Source: the human T2T-CHM13v2.0 reference genome, Homo sapiens. From it: 64,000 nucleotides of DNA. A model generated the notes under the pieces. The model worked only from the letters and a program-made list of their open reading frames with translations, searched no databases and was not told the DNA's origin. The position numbers and the translations under genes are program-made. The stretch lies in the NCBI RefSeq assembly GCF_009914755.1, contig NC_060934.1; one strand, written 5' to 3'. Position 1 is the first letter of the stretch, and each line of letters begins with the position of its first letter. Below are positions 63,630 to 64,000 of the stretch, in pieces.

Positions 63630-64000
63630 TTGCCTAAGTTTGGGCTCCCCCAGAAGCAGAGCCTCAGACAAGGACTTGGTGCAGGTGATTTGGGGTGAGG
63701 GGAAAGTGAGCCCAGGAAGCAGGAGGGAGTGAGTGAAAGAGTAAGAAAAGGAAAGAGAAAAAGCCAATAATACCCAAAGGCTTCATTGAAGCTGCCGCTG
63801 TGGGTCACGGGGACCTGGTTCCTCTGGAAGGGATGCACAGAATGCCCCGAGATTGCCCCACCCCATCCAATGCGAGTCAGAGCCAGCTCCCGCGGTCAGT
63901 GCTGGCAGATTCCAGGGGGTTGAGCTCACCCACGCTCCCAGGCTGGACTGGCACGTGGCTAAGTGGGCTCCCTGGGGCCCTGGAGCACAAAGTGAAAAGA
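63630..64000 (-). mobile_element. LTR33-like ERVL LTR (runs off the window)
   Basis: ccccagaagcagagcctcagacaagga...cccaggaagc...aaagccaataa. Confidence 0.7.

Overview
Primate genomic DNA, most likely human or another catarrhine (AluJ/S/Y, L1PA, THE1/MST, MLT1, MIR, L2 and hAT MERs are present). It is moderately GC-rich and looks intergenic or deep intronic. I see no host protein-coding exon, RNA gene or CpG-island promoter. The only ORF with a recognisable product is a 247-aa C-terminal remnant of LINE-1 ORF2 (3541-4284, minus); the other listed ORFs look like chance, Alu or simple-repeat frames. Much of the window is nested transposon debris: 13 Alus and about 19 LTRs, separated by unique blocks rich in homeobox, forkhead and TCF motifs that may be developmental enhancers. 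I found no new biological system. The most unusual things visible in the sequence are: (1) a young 252-bp non-tandem duplication (31326-31577 vs 31909-32160, 3 mismatches); (2) an old fold-back inverted duplication across an L1/MLT1 junction (36875-37458); (3) a probable 33-bp L1 3' transduction (3426-3458); (4) a 146-bp palindrome I cannot assign to a family (19385-19530); (5) a 32-bp copy of a rearranged MER39 junction sitting 626 bp upstream of its source; (6) strong orientation biases among Alus and LTRs. Subfamily names come from recalled consensus sequences, and the boundaries of old repeats are approximate (tens of bp).
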